Shown here piece after piece: positions 38,743 to 49,177 of a stretch of DNA of 64,000 bases. The number at the start of each line of letters is the position of its first letter. The stretch's first letter is position 1. A program made the position numbers and the translations under genes. Source of the DNA: an uncultured Gammaproteobacteria bacterium (lineage in GTDB: Bacteria > Patescibacteriota > Patescibacteriia > 2-01-FULL-39-33); NCBI GenBank assembly GCA_964558935.1, contig CAZLFP010000005.1, positions 20,667 to 84,666 of the forward strand, read 5' to 3'. Below the pieces are notes generated by a model. It was not told the origin of the DNA. It searched no databases and saw only the letters and a program-made list of their open reading frames with translations.

Positions 38743-40098
38743 ATGGAATATACTAAATCCAAAGTTTTAATCATGGTGTTGTGGTCGTTTATTGCGGGCA
38801 TTGGTCTATCTGCGTATGTGCCTCAAGCTACCGGTTTATACTTAGCCGTATGTTTGGTTGGTTTGGGATTGTGTCTGTTGATTAAAAAACAAATTAGAAT
38901 AGTTATAATTATAGTGTGCGCCGGCTGTCTAGGTTTGGTACGCGCTCAATTGGCCCAGGTCGATTATACCGACACCGCTCACATTTACAGTCATGACCAA
39001 GAGTACGTGGTTTTTGAGGCCAGAGTGGTGGATATCGAAACCAGATTGGACTCTCAGAAGATAACCCTAACAGCTTTGGATGAGTATACCGGACGGGTTT
39101 TAATAACTACTCAGCTGTACCCCAGGTATTATGTTGGTCAGAGAATGAAGGTTGGTTGCAAACTTCAGAGGCCGGAGTCTTTTGAAGGTTTCAATTACCA
39201 AGCCTATTTGGCACGTTACTCGATCTACATTCTATGTTACCGACCTAAAATCGAAGTTACAGGCTTAGACCGGAATCTAGCTTACTATTTGTACCAATTA
39301 AAATTGAGATTAAGTTCAGCCATCAACATGTCACTCCCAGAACCCCAGGCAGCTATAATTCAAGCCATGGTTCTGGCTAACAGGCGGGGAATTCCCCAAA
39401 CTCTATTGGATAAATTTGCCAATGTGGGAATTTCTCATGTCATTGCAATTTCAGGCATGCATATTGCCATTATCTCCGGCGTTTTGATGAGTTTGATCAT
39501 TTCCTTGGGGATTATTCGCCAAAAAGCTTTTTATTTGGCTTTAACATGTTTAATTGGTTATGTAATTCTAATTGGCTTACCGGCCTCAGCCGTCAGAGCG
39601 ACAGTTATGGGAGGTCTGGTCTTGTATGCTCAGAAAATAGGCAGGTTGAATTCTAGCTTTAATGCCTTGTCTTTAGCGGCTGTTTTGATGTTATTTATCA
39701 ATCCCAAATTATTGCTTTCAGATATTGGCTTTCAATTGTCATTTGCCGCCACATGGGGTATTATTTTCATCTCACCAGTGATTAAAAAACACACTTCACT
39801 GCTTCCTTCTTGGGGACAAACCAAAGAAATTTTAACCATGACCATATCTGCTCAAATTACCACCTTGCCTTTAATTGTTTATTATTTTCGGAAACTGTCT
39901 CTGATTTCATTGGTAGCCAATATTTTTATTTTGCCGGTTGTACCCTTTGTGTTGTTGGGAGGAGTTGCCACAGCCATATTGGGTTGGTTGGATATTGTCT
40001 TGGGCAGGCTGGTCGGTTTTCTGGTTTGGATGTTAGTCAGTTATATGTTAATGGTGGTCGAGGTTTTAAACAGTGTAGGAGGATATTGGGAAGTGTAA
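38743..40098 (+). CDS. comEC: ComEC/Rec2 DNA-internalisation channel, membrane competence domain
   Basis: Polytopic membrane protein with the signature ISHVIAISGMHIAIISG. Confidence 0.8.
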   Translation: MEYTKSKVLIMVLWSFIAGIGLSAYVPQATGLYLAVCLVGLGLCLLIKKQIRIVIIIVCAGCLGLVRAQLAQVDYTDTAHIYSHDQEYVVFEARVVDIETRLDSQKITLTALDEYTGRVLITTQLYPRYYVGQRMKVGCKLQRPESFEGFNYQAYLARYSIYILCYRPKIEVTGLDRNLAYYLYQLKLRLSSAINMSLPEPQAAIIQAMVLANRRGIPQTLLDKFANVGISHVIAISGMHIAIISGVLMSLIISLGIIRQKAFYLALTCLIGYVILIGLPASAVRATVMGGLVLYAQKIGRLNSSFNALSLAAVLMLFINPKLLLSDIGFQLSFAATWGIIFISPVIKKHTSLLPSWGQTKEILTMTISAQITTLPLIVYYFRKLSLISLVANIFILPVVPFVLLGGVATAILGWLDIVLGRLVGFLVWMLVSYMLMVVEVLNSVGGYWEV

Positions 40099-40104
40099 TA
40101 TAAT

Positions 40105-40992
40105 ATGAAGATGAGCAACAGAATTAAAATATTATTTGTCACTCTTTTTGTCATTAGTTCAGTCTGCTTAGCTGCCTATTGGCAGTCAACCAGGCTGACT
40201 TGGTCGGTTAAAGGTGTGGACGATACTCTGGAAGGCAAACTTTTGGTTCATTTTTTAGATGTCGGACAGGGAGATGCCATTCTAATCCAAACACCCTGTG
40301 GTCAAGACATTTTAATCGATGGAGGAGCGGACAATACCTTACTAGCCGGTTTGAGTCAGCATCTGTCATTTTTCAACCGGGATATTGAACTGATGATTCT
40401 AACTCATCCCCATTCTGACCATGTAGCCGGTTTAGTGGAAGTTTTGGATAGATACGAGGTGGACAAAGTTTTAACGACCGGAGTTGAATATGGCTCACCG
40501 GATTATGTAGCTTGGTTGGAGAAAATCGCAGACAAAGACATACCGGTTGAGATCGTAGATAGCCCCAGGAACATATTATTTAGTGAGGTTAGACTGGAAG
40601 TTTTGTTTCCAGACAGGTCGTTTAACGGTCAAGAAGTGGCTAATGTCAATGATGTTTCCATTGTGACCAGGATTGTGTATCTGGAAACAGAAATCCTATT
40701 AACCGGAGATTATGAGGAAGAAGAGACGTTGTTAAACAAAGATTTTGATTTACGGTCAGACATTTACAAAGCCGGTCATCATGGGTCCAACAATGCGAAT
40801 GATTATGAATTTGTTCAGGCTGTGGATCCGGATTACGTAATTATTTCTTGTGGACAGGATAATTCCTTTGGCCACCCTCATTACCGGGCAATGAAGAATT
40901 TTGAGTCAGTTGGCGCTCAGATTTTAAGAACAGACCAGGATGGCAGTGTCACGTTTATATCCGACGGACAGCACTTGTCTGTTAAGCCTTAA
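40105..40992 (+). CDS. ComEC-associated metallo-beta-lactamase domain protein, as a separate ORF
   Basis: N-terminal TM anchor; MBL motif LTHPHSDH and GHHGS, as in the C-terminal domain of full-length ComEC. Confidence 0.75.
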   Translation: MKMSNRIKILFVTLFVISSVCLAAYWQSTRLTWSVKGVDDTLEGKLLVHFLDVGQGDAILIQTPCGQDILIDGGADNTLLAGLSQHLSFFNRDIELMILTHPHSDHVAGLVEVLDRYEVDKVLTTGVEYGSPDYVAWLEKIADKDIPVEIVDSPRNILFSEVRLEVLFPDRSFNGQEVANVNDVSIVTRIVYLETEILLTGDYEEEETLLNKDFDLRSDIYKAGHHGSNNANDYEFVQAVDPDYVIISCGQDNSFGHPHYRAMKNFESVGAQILRTDQDGSVTFISDGQHLSVKP

Positions 40993-41022
40993 TTTGTTAA
41001 GATAAGGATGACTTAAAAAACT

Positions 41023-41415
41023 ATGTCAGACAAAATTTACAAAATTTGCTTAGTGGAAGATGATGATTTGATCGTGGAGATGTATAGGTTAAGGTTGGAG
41101 GAAGAGGGTTACCAGGTGGTGGTTTGCCAATCAGGCGGTCAGGTTTTGGACATAGTTAAAGTTGAACAGCCAACTGTCATTGTTTTGGACATTATTTTAC
41201 CTGAGGTGGACGGTTTCAGTGTTTTACAGGATTTGAAGGCTAGGATTGAAACCAAGCATATTCCGGTTTTGGTTTTATCCAACCTGGGTCAAGATTCGGA
41301 TATTTTCAAGGGCACGCAGAGAGGAGCTGCGGATTATCTGGTGAAAGCCAAGACCACACCGTCCCAGGTGGTGCAAAAAATTAGAGATTTAATTCATCAA
41401 ACAAATATTTACTAG
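41023..41415 (+). CDS. stand-alone response-regulator receiver domain (CheY-like)
   Basis: ICLVEDDD...VLDIILPEVDG...LVKAKT: acid pocket, phospho-acceptor Asp and conserved Lys; 130 aa with no output domain. Confidence 0.8.
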   Translation: MSDKIYKICLVEDDDLIVEMYRLRLEEEGYQVVVCQSGGQVLDIVKVEQPTVIVLDIILPEVDGFSVLQDLKARIETKHIPVLVLSNLGQDSDIFKGTQRGAADYLVKAKTTPSQVVQKIRDLIHQTNIY

Positions 41416-41416
41416 T

Positions 41417-41917
41417 ATGGACACCAACATTGAAAGAACTTTAGTCTTGCTAAAACCGGATGCGGTTAAAAGAGGACTGATGGGGGAAATCATATCCCGT
41501 TTTGAAAAAGCCGGCTTAAAGATTGTCGGCATGAAATTAAAACAAGCAGATGCCGACAGAGCCGGCAAACATTATGGGGAAGACATTGCTCAAAGAAGGG
41601 GAGAAAAGGTCAGAAAATTATTAATTGATTTTATCACCTCAGGTCCGGTTCTGGCTATGGTGATTGAGGGTGTTAATGCGGTGGAAAATGTCAGGATGAT
41701 GGCCGGTGAAACAGAGCCCAAGTCTTCAGCTCCCGGAACCATCCGGGGAGACTATTCCCATGTCAGTTTTGCTCATGCTGATTCCCAAGAGAAAGCGGTT
41801 GAAAATATCATTCATGCCTCAGCCAAGCCGGAAGAAGCTCAAGTTGAAATGTATTTATGGTTTAACCAGGATGAACTGTGTGATTACAAGTCAGTACATG
41901 AGGCGCATACTTTTTAA
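41417..41917 (+). CDS. ndk: nucleoside diphosphate kinase
   Basis: ERTLVLLKPDAV...; active-site His region; slightly extended C terminus. Confidence 0.9.
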   Translation: MDTNIERTLVLLKPDAVKRGLMGEIISRFEKAGLKIVGMKLKQADADRAGKHYGEDIAQRRGEKVRKLLIDFITSGPVLAMVIEGVNAVENVRMMAGETEPKSSAPGTIRGDYSHVSFAHADSQEKAVENIIHASAKPEEAQVEMYLWFNQDELCDYKSVHEAHTF

Positions 41918-41933
41918 ATAGTTTTTTAATTTA

Positions 41934-41963
41934 AAAAACAGAGGTGTATTCCTCTGTTTTTTT
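41934..41963 (+). terminator. intrinsic terminator after ndk
   Basis: aaaaacagagg-tgtatt-cctctgttttttt. Confidence 0.65.
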
Positions 41964-41993
41964 GTAGAATTGATAAATTCTAATTTTATAATA

Positions 41994-42021
41994 AAACTCC
42001 CTGATGTAGGGAGTTTTATTA
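41994..42021 (-). terminator. intrinsic terminator of rpmB (minus strand)
   Basis: aaaactccc-tgatgta-gggagtttt with flanking T/A runs. Confidence 0.5.
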
Positions 42022-42201
42022 TTTAGTCTTCTTTTGTTTATTCTTAGTCTTCAAACAGCTGGTACAAACTTTCACTTTCTTACCATCTATCTTTTTGGAT
42101 TGAAGATTTATTTTTTGAGTCTTTTTGGTTCTGACTTTAGAGTGGCTGACATTGTAGGCAGTAGTTGTGCCTCGGCCACAGACTTCGCAAATTTGAGCCA
42201 T
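42019..42201 (-). CDS. rpmB: ribosomal protein L28
   Basis: MAQICEVCGRG...NVSHS... matches the L28 N terminus (C..CGK...N.SHS); 60 aa. Confidence 0.8.
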   Translation of the reverse strand: MAQICEVCGRGTTTAYNVSHSKVRTKKTQKINLQSKKIDGKKVKVCTSCLKTKNKQKKTK

Positions 42202-42295
42202 ATATTTATACTTTAGATTTAACCTCTATATAGTAACATGGTTGAAAAAATTAGTCAATCATGATATGATTGAGTCATAACTCATATATCGGCTT

Positions 42296-42931
42296 ATGTT
42301 TTTTCAGAGACTGCTTGAAAACCCTTTGATTTTTTTGATCGGGTTGATGTCAGTTATTATTGCCTTAACTGTTCATGAATTTGCTCATGCCATGATTGCC
42401 ACTTTTTACGGAGATGATACTGCCAAGGCTCAGGGCAGATTAAGCTTGAATCCATTGCGTCATTTAGATCCCATGGGCTTTATGATGATGTTATTTGCCG
42501 GTTTTGGCTGGGCCAGGCCAGTGCCGGTTAACCAGTTTAATCTGAGAAGTCCGAAATGGCATATGATGCTGGTGGCAGCTGCTGGTCCGGGGATTAATAT
42601 CCTCATGGCCTTGGTCTGCGTACTGTTAATTAGGATTTTAGATGATTATTTGGCCGGAACCAATCTGCTTTTAAGCTTTTTATTCTTACTGGCGATGGTT
42701 AATGGCTTGTTTGCAGTTTTCAATTTTTTACCCATACCTCCCTTGGACGGTTCCAGAGTCTTGTTTGGTCTGTTGCCGGACAGATTTATGGAATTTAAGG
42801 AAAAATATACCTTATATGGGCCAGCGATTTTAATTGGTCTCATAATCATAGACAGTTTTTCCAATTTAAGCATTTTTCAACTGATTTTGGGCTGGATTCC
42901 CAATTTTTTGATCTATTTAATCACTATCTGA
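42296..42931 (+). CDS. site-2 protease family (M50) membrane zinc metalloprotease
   Basis: HEFAHA zinc motif within a TM helix; polytopic; second motif region LNGLFAVFNFLPIPPLDG. Confidence 0.7.
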   Translation: MFFQRLLENPLIFLIGLMSVIIALTVHEFAHAMIATFYGDDTAKAQGRLSLNPLRHLDPMGFMMMLFAGFGWARPVPVNQFNLRSPKWHMMLVAAAGPGINILMALVCVLLIRILDDYLAGTNLLLSFLFLLAMVNGLFAVFNFLPIPPLDGSRVLFGLLPDRFMEFKEKYTLYGPAILIGLIIIDSFSNLSIFQLILGWIPNFLIYLITI

Positions 42932-43047
42932 TCCGCTCTTGACTTATTTTCTTAAATTGTTTAAAATAATCCAAGTAATCTACAAATTATTGTTGGATTA
43001 AAAATATTAAACTAGTTAATATTTTTTTATTTCAGTTAAAGACATTT

Positions 43048-43476
43048 ATGCCAACCATTAACCAACTACTTAGAAAAGGCAGGCAATCTAAGACTACAAA
43101 ATCTAAAACACCGGATTTACAGATTACCTTGGACAGTTTACACAGAAAAAAGAGAACTGTTAAAAAGGGTAATCCTTTTAAACGTGGTGTATGTTTGCAG
43201 GTCAGAACAACCACGCCTAAGAAACCTAACTCAGCTTTGAGAAAGATTGCCAGGGTTAGATTGTCTAACGGTCAGGAAGTGACTGCCTATATTCCCGGTG
43301 TCGGCCATAATTTACAAGAACACTCCATTGTCTTAGTGCGAGGCGGTAGAGTTAAAGACTTACCCGGTGTCAGATATCATGTGGTCCGCGGTGTTTATGA
43401 TACGGCTGGCGTAACCGGCAGAAAACGAGGCAGATCTTTGTACGGTGCCAAAAAAGAAAAAGCTAAAAAAGAGTAA
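43048..43476 (+). CDS. rpsL: ribosomal protein S12
   Basis: [12 protein letters not shown]...[10 protein letters not shown]. Confidence 0.95.
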   Translation: MPTINQLLRKGRQSKTTKSKTPDLQITLDSLHRKKRTVKKGNPFKRGVCLQVRTTTPKKPNSALRKIARVRLSNGQEVTAYIPGVGHNLQEHSIVLVRGGRVKDLPGVRYHVVRGVYDTAGVTGRKRGRSLYGAKKEKAKKE

Positions 43477-43486
43477 TATATAATTT

Positions 43487-43954
43487 ATGAGAGGCAGACC
43501 AGCTCCTAAACGAAATATCAAGCCAGATACCAAGTTTAATCGTGAAGATTTAGCTAAGTTCATTAATTACATTATGAAAATGGGCAAGAAGTCAACAGCT
43601 GAGAAAGTTGTTTACGATTGTCTGGATATTATTTCTAAAAAGACCAAACAAGATCCTTTGGAAGTTTTTGAAATGGCGATTAAGAATATATCTCCGACGG
43701 TTGAGATTCGCGGCCGTCGTGTGGGTGGTGCTAACTACCAAGTGCCAGTGGCAGTTAGATCTGTAAGATCTTTCACCTTGGCTTGTCGTTGGCTGATTGA
43801 TGCCGCTCAAGCCAAAAAAGGCAAATCCATGGCTGTTAAACTAGCGGATGAGTTGATTGCCGCTTACAATAGTGAAGGTACGGCCTACAAGAAAAAGCAA
43901 GATACATACCGAATGGCTGAAGCTAACAGGGCTTTTGCTCATTTTGGACGTTAA
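43487..43954 (+). CDS. rpsG: ribosomal protein S7
   Basis: Conserved S7 pattern and position in the str operon. Confidence 0.95.
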   Translation: MRGRPAPKRNIKPDTKFNREDLAKFINYIMKMGKKSTAEKVVYDCLDIISKKTKQDPLEVFEMAIKNISPTVEIRGRRVGGANYQVPVAVRSVRSFTLACRWLIDAAQAKKGKSMAVKLADELIAAYNSEGTAYKKKQDTYRMAEANRAFAHFGR

Positions 43955-43968
43955 TTATTTAAAACTAT

Positions 43969-46122
43969 ATGCCCCGTAAACAACCCTTGGACAGAGTCCG
44001 CAATATTGGAATTATCGCTCATATCGATGCTGGAAAAACCACTGTATCTGAGCGTATTTTATTTTATACCGGAAAAAAACATAAAATTGGTGAAGTTCAT
44101 GAAGGTGAAGCTACCATGGACTGGATGGAACAGGAACAAGAGCGGGGTATTACCATTACCTCAGCCGCTACGACTTGTTTTTGGCCGAATGCCGATTGGT
44201 TAGGCGGTGGAGAAATTCAAATCAACATTATTGATACTCCGGGACACGTTGATTTCACAGCTGAAGTTGAGCGTGCTTTAAGAGTTTTAGACGGTGGCGT
44301 GATCGTTTTTGACGGTGTGGCGGGAGTGGAACCGCAATCTGAAACTGTGTGGCGTCAATCTGAGAAATACCACGTGCCTAAAATTGGTTTTGTCAACAAA
44401 ATGGATAGAATGGGTGCTGATTTCTATTATGATTTAAAAACCATTCATGAAAGATTAACATCTCATGCCCACCCCATTCAATTGCCGGTAGGTGCAGCGG
44501 AAACATTTCAAGGCATTATTGACCTTTTTGACATGAAGGCTCGGATTTACCAGGATGATTTGGGTACTAAGTGGGAAGATACTGAGATTCCAGCCGATGA
44601 ATTGGAAAGAGCCAAAGATTATCGTAACAAGTTAATTGAAGCTATTGTGGAAAATGACGAAGCTTTAATGGAAAAATATTTAGCCGGTGAAGAAATTCCG
44701 GTGAATGAGCTTAAGAAAGTACTGCGACAAGCTGTGATTAACAACAAGATTGTGCCGGTCATGTGTGGCAGTGCTTTAAAAAACAAAGGCGTTCAGTTTT
44801 TATTAAATGCAGTGGATGAGTATTTGCCTTCACCGTTGGACGTGTCAGCTCCGGTTGGTCACGATGTCAATGATGAGACCAAAGATATTAAAGTTGAAAC
44901 TAAAGACGATGCACCTCTGGCCGGTTTGGCTTTTAAGGTAGCTACTGATCCGTTTGTAGGTAAACTGGTTTTTTACCGAGTATACTCCGGAGTCTTGAAA
45001 TCCGGTTCATACGTCGTTAACAATTCCAACGGCAACAAGGAGAGAATTGGTCGTATTTTAAGAATGCATGCCAATTCCAGAGAAGAAGTGGAGGAAGTGT
45101 ATGCGGGTGAAATCGCAGCGATTGTTGGACTTAAAGATACCACTACCGGAGATACTTTATCTGACCCATCCTTTCCATTACTGCTGGAAAAAATTACTTT
45201 TCCTGAACCCGTTATTGATATTGCGGTTGAACCGAAAACCAAAGCTGACCAGGAAAAAATGGGTTTGGCTTTAGCGAAATTAGCTGAGGAAGATCCAACT
45301 TTCAGAGTCAGAACAGATGAGGAAACCATGCAGACTATCATTTCAGGTATGGGAGAACTTCATTTGGATATTATTATTGACAGAATGAAAAGAGAGTTTA
45401 AGGTGGAGGCTAACATTGGTCAACCTCAAGTGGCTTACCGAGAAACCATTACAGGTTCTGCTGAAGCAGAGGGTAAATACGTAAGACAATCCGGTGGTCG
45501 TGGTCAGTATGGTCATTGCTGGTTGCGAGTGAAACCAACTGAAATTGTGACGAACGAAGAGGATGGTTCAACTTCACAAGAAGAATTTAAATTTAATGAC
45601 GAAATTAAGGGTGGTGTTGTACCTAAAGAATATGTTAAGCCGATTGAAAAAGGTGTTAAAGAAGCTATGGATAGAGGTGTGATTGCCGGGTATCCTTTGA
45701 TTAACATTGAAACTACGGTGTATGATGGTTCTTATCATGATGTAGACTCGTCTGAATCCGCTTTTAAAATTGCCGGTTCCATGGCGTTGCAAGATGCGGT
45801 TAAGAAAGCTAATCCAGTTCTGTTAGAACCGGTAATGAAATTGGAAGTAGTTACTCCCGAACAATTTATGGGAGATGTGATTGGTGATTTAAATTCAAGA
45901 CGAGCGATTATTGGTCAGATGGAAGATCGAGGACAGGGTGCGGCAGCAGTTAAAGTAATTGCCGCTGAAGTGCCATTAGCTGAAATATTTGGCTACACTA
46001 CCGTTTTAAGATCATTAACTCAAGGTAGAGCCAATTCCACTATGGAGTTTTTGAAATATAATGAAGTACCTAGGAATGTAGAGGAGAAGATTAAAGCAGG
46101 AAAGGCAGAAAAAAAGGACTAG
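43969..46122 (+). CDS. fusA: elongation factor G
   Basis: G domain [21 protein letters not shown]; about 700 aa. Confidence 0.95.
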   Translation: MPRKQPLDRVRNIGIIAHIDAGKTTVSERILFYTGKKHKIGEVHEGEATMDWMEQEQERGITITSAATTCFWPNADWLGGGEIQINIIDTPGHVDFTAEVERALRVLDGGVIVFDGVAGVEPQSETVWRQSEKYHVPKIGFVNKMDRMGADFYYDLKTIHERLTSHAHPIQLPVGAAETFQGIIDLFDMKARIYQDDLGTKWEDTEIPADELERAKDYRNKLIEAIVENDEALMEKYLAGEEIPVNELKKVLRQAVINNKIVPVMCGSALKNKGVQFLLNAVDEYLPSPLDVSAPVGHDVNDETKDIKVETKDDAPLAGLAFKVATDPFVGKLVFYRVYSGVLKSGSYVVNNSNGNKERIGRILRMHANSREEVEEVYAGEIAAIVGLKDTTTGDTLSDPSFPLLLEKITFPEPVIDIAVEPKTKADQEKMGLALAKLAEEDPTFRVRTDEETMQTIISGMGELHLDIIIDRMKREFKVEANIGQPQVAYRETITGSAEAEGKYVRQSGGRGQYGHCWLRVKPTEIVTNEEDGSTSQEEFKFNDEIKGGVVPKEYVKPIEKGVKEAMDRGVIAGYPLINIETTVYDGSYHDVDSSESAFKIAGSMALQDAVKKANPVLLEPVMKLEVVTPEQFMGDVIGDLNSRRAIIGQMEDRGQGAAAVKVIAAEVPLAEIFGYTTVLRSLTQGRANSTMEFLKYNEVPRNVEEKIKAGKAEKKD

Positions 46123-46150
46123 TTTAGGTAAATATCGACTAATCACTGAT

Positions 46151-46504
46151 ATGCAGCCACTCGAAAAAGTTATAAATTTAGCCAAAAAAAATGGAGATAA
46201 GCTGGTTATATTAGATAACCAAGGAAATCCTGAGTATGTTATTATGTCTTTTGATCAGTATGAGCAGCTCAGTAATGGTAAAAAGGATGTTCGGGACTTG
46301 ACAGAGGGCGAACTTTTGACTAAAATTAATTGTGATATTACTGCCTTAAAAGAGTCTTCTGAGTCTGAAGATTTAGATAATTTAGCCAAAAATGTTTGGT
46401 CTGAAGCGGTGAATGAAGATATTTCTCTAAATTTAGATGATTTTGAGGATAATAAAGTAGAAATTGAAGATGAAGATCAGTATTATTTTGAACCGGTTGA
46501 GTAA
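46151..46504 (+). CDS. hypothetical acidic protein inserted between fusA and tuf
   Basis: 117-aa ORF with an Asp/Glu-rich C-terminal half; no family recognised. Confidence 0.35.
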   Translation: MQPLEKVINLAKKNGDKLVILDNQGNPEYVIMSFDQYEQLSNGKKDVRDLTEGELLTKINCDITALKESSESEDLDNLAKNVWSEAVNEDISLNLDDFEDNKVEIEDEDQYYFEPVE

Positions 46505-46642
46505 GTCTTGCATTTTTTAGATTTTTTGCTATAATAATTAAGCAATTTTTTAATAAAACAAATAATACTTGAGGCCTGGGTAAAACTCGTTGTTTCTGTG
46601 CCAGAAACATGACGAGGGTCTCAGTTAAAGAGGTTATTAAAC

Positions 46643-47830
46643 ATGGCAGAACAATTCGATAGATCTAAGCCACACGTAAATGTGGGTACAATCGGTCACG
46701 TTGACCACGGTAAAACCACTTTGACTGCAGCTATTTTAAAAGTTTTGGCAGCCAAGGGGTTAATCGCTCAAGATAAAACAGTTGATCAAATTGATGCCGC
46801 TCCTGAAGAAAGGGAACGTGGTATTACCATTGCAACCGCTCATGTTGAGTATGAAACGGAAAAACGTCATTATGCTCACGTTGACTGCCCAGGTCATGCT
46901 GATTACATTAAAAACATGATTACCGGTGCAGCTCAGATGGATGGTGCGATTTTAGTCGTAGCCGCCACTGATGGCCCCATGCCTCAGACCAGAGAGCATA
47001 TTCTGTTAGCGCGTCAGGTAGGCGTGCCATACATTTGTGTTTTCATTAACAAAGTTGACCAAGTCGATGATCCTTCTTTAATCGATTTAGTAGAAGAAGA
47101 GATTAGAGATTTGCTTAAGAAATATGAATTTCCGGGTGATGAAGCTCCAATTATCCGAGGTTCTGCCCTGAAAGCTTTGGAAGATCCCAATGGAGAGCAT
47201 GGTGAGGCTATTATGAAATTGATGGATGCTTTAGATAATAATATTCCTGAACCGGAAAGAGCCGTTGATGGTGATTTCTTAATGCCAATTGAAGATATTT
47301 TTTCAATTGAAGGTCGGGGTACGGTGGTAACCGGTAGAATTGAAAGAGGTATTGTTAAATTAAATGAAGAAGTTGAAATCGTTGGCTTAAAGGATACTGC
47401 CAAGACTGTTGTTACCGGTATTGAGATGTTTAACAAGAATTTAGATGAAGGTAGAGCCGGAGATAATGCAGGTATTCTGTTAAGAGGTACCAAGAAAGAT
47501 GAAGTAGAACGTGGTCAGGTTTTGGCCAAGCCAGGTTCCATTACTCCTCATTCAGAGTTTGAAGCCGAGGTTTATGTTCTGTCTAAAGAAGAAGGTGGTA
47601 GACACAAACCTTTCTTCAAGGGTTACAAACCTCAGTTTTATATCAGAACAACTGATGTAACCGGTGAAATTGAATTACCAGAAGGCACTGAAATGGTTAT
47701 GCCAGGAGATACTGTTAATTTAAAAATTAAGTTAGGCAAGTCAGTGGCTATGGAAGACAAGATGAAGTTTGCGATTCGTGAAGGCGGTCACACTGTCGGT
47801 GCAGGTATTGTAACTAAAATTATTAAGTAA
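46643..47830 (+). CDS. tuf: elongation factor Tu
   Basis: [22 protein letters not shown]; 395 aa. Confidence 0.97.
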   Translation: MAEQFDRSKPHVNVGTIGHVDHGKTTLTAAILKVLAAKGLIAQDKTVDQIDAAPEERERGITIATAHVEYETEKRHYAHVDCPGHADYIKNMITGAAQMDGAILVVAATDGPMPQTREHILLARQVGVPYICVFINKVDQVDDPSLIDLVEEEIRDLLKKYEFPGDEAPIIRGSALKALEDPNGEHGEAIMKLMDALDNNIPEPERAVDGDFLMPIEDIFSIEGRGTVVTGRIERGIVKLNEEVEIVGLKDTAKTVVTGIEMFNKNLDEGRAGDNAGILLRGTKKDEVERGQVLAKPGSITPHSEFEAEVYVLSKEEGGRHKPFFKGYKPQFYIRTTDVTGEIELPEGTEMVMPGDTVNLKIKLGKSVAMEDKMKFAIREGGHTVGAGIVTKIIK

Positions 47831-47884
47831 TATGGATTGGAGGGATGCATATCTTGTGCATCCCTCCTAACTAGTTGAAAAAAC

Positions 47885-48214
47885 ATGGCTACTAAGATTG
47901 AAGACAAAGCACATCAAAGGATTAGAATTAAGATCAAAGCATACGATCATAAGATTATAGATAGTTCTGTGCAAAAGATCATTGAAACTTGTCAAAGATA
48001 TGGCGCCAATATTATTGGGCCCGTACCTTTGCCAACTGAAAAAAAGAAGCATACTGTTCAAAAATCCACTTTTGTTCATAAGGATAGCCGTGAGCAATTT
48101 GAGATGAGAATCCATAAACGATTGATAGATATTATAGATCCGGATAATAAAACAATTGAAGCCTTGACGAGTTTAAGCTTACCGGCTGGAGTCAACGTCG
48201 AAATTAAAATGTAA
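47885..48214 (+). CDS. rpsJ: ribosomal protein S10
   Basis: [16 protein letters not shown]... Confidence 0.95.
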   Translation: MATKIEDKAHQRIRIKIKAYDHKIIDSSVQKIIETCQRYGANIIGPVPLPTEKKKHTVQKSTFVHKDSREQFEMRIHKRLIDIIDPDNKTIEALTSLSLPAGVNVEIKM

Positions 48215-48368
48215 CTTATAAACAATCTGGCCTCATACATGGAGAAAGATCCTGGGAAAACAGCAGCTTATTTTGGGAAAACCTCCATCAAGATGTTCTA
48301 GATTTATAAAGGAAACCAGAAACTAAAAATTTAGATTTTAACTCTCAAACTTACTTGAGATGTAAGAT

Positions 48369-48398
48369 CTGGTTTTTAGCTAAAACCAGGTTTTTTTT
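48369..48398 (+). terminator. terminator-like hairpin between rpsJ and rplC (candidate attenuator)
   Basis: ctggtttt-tagct-aaaaccag followed by a T8 run, 10 nt before the rplC start. Confidence 0.5.
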
Positions 48399-48407
48399 AT
48401 CACCAAT

Positions 48408-49175
48408 ATGAAGTTTGTTCTAGGTAAGAAAATTGAAATGACCCAAATTTTCCAGGCAGACGGTAAGGTTGTACCGGCTACCTCTGTTTTAGTGCAACCG
48501 AATGTGGTGACACAAGTAAAAACAGCAGATAATGATGGATATACAGCTATTCAGGTTGGTACCAGTACGGCTAAAAAGCTGTCTAAATCTAGAGCGGGTC
48601 ATCTCAAAGGTTTGGAACAATTAAAACAGCTTAAGGAAGTGAGAGTAGAAGCTGATCAAGTTACCCAGCTAAAAAGAGGGGATGTTATTACCGCTCAGGT
48701 TTTTCAAGCCGGAGATAAGGTTAAGGTGAGTGGCGTGTCTAAAGGGAGAGGCTTTCAGGGTGTGGTTAAGCGTCATGGTTTTCATGGTGCTCCAAAAACT
48801 CATGGTCATAAAGATCAAGAAAGAATGCCCGGTTCCATTGGCGCTACAGATGCAGCTCGAGTTTTCAAGGGTAAAAAAATGCCTGGACAAATGGGTAATC
48901 AGCCCAGTACGGTAACCGGATTGGAAATTGTAGAGGTGGATGCGGAACACAACATTCTCTACATTAAAGGTGCTGTTCCAGGAGCAAGAAATGGCTTACT
49001 GTTAATCAGTGGTCCAGGTGAAATGGATTTAGGTGCTCAACAAGTTGCAGAGATGAAAACGGTAGAACAGCCAGTTGACGGGAGTGAACCGGTAGATTCT
49101 CAAGTGGAGAAAGTGGATGAAGTTAAAACAGATTCTCAGCCGACAGCAGTTAAGGAAAATGTTGAACAATCATAA
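48408..49175 (+). CDS. rplC: ribosomal protein L3 with acidic C-terminal extension
   Basis: L3 core; about 50 extra C-terminal residues. Confidence 0.9.
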   Translation: MKFVLGKKIEMTQIFQADGKVVPATSVLVQPNVVTQVKTADNDGYTAIQVGTSTAKKLSKSRAGHLKGLEQLKQLKEVRVEADQVTQLKRGDVITAQVFQAGDKVKVSGVSKGRGFQGVVKRHGFHGAPKTHGHKDQERMPGSIGATDAARVFKGKKMPGQMGNQPSTVTGLEIVEVDAEHNILYIKGAVPGARNGLLLISGPGEMDLGAQQVAEMKTVEQPVDGSEPVDSQVEKVDEVKTDSQPTAVKENVEQS

Positions 49176-49177
49176 GT

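Noticed and set aside
47014-47493. 159-aa minus-strand ORF inside tuf
   Set aside because: Antisense to EF-Tu; not plausible as a gene.
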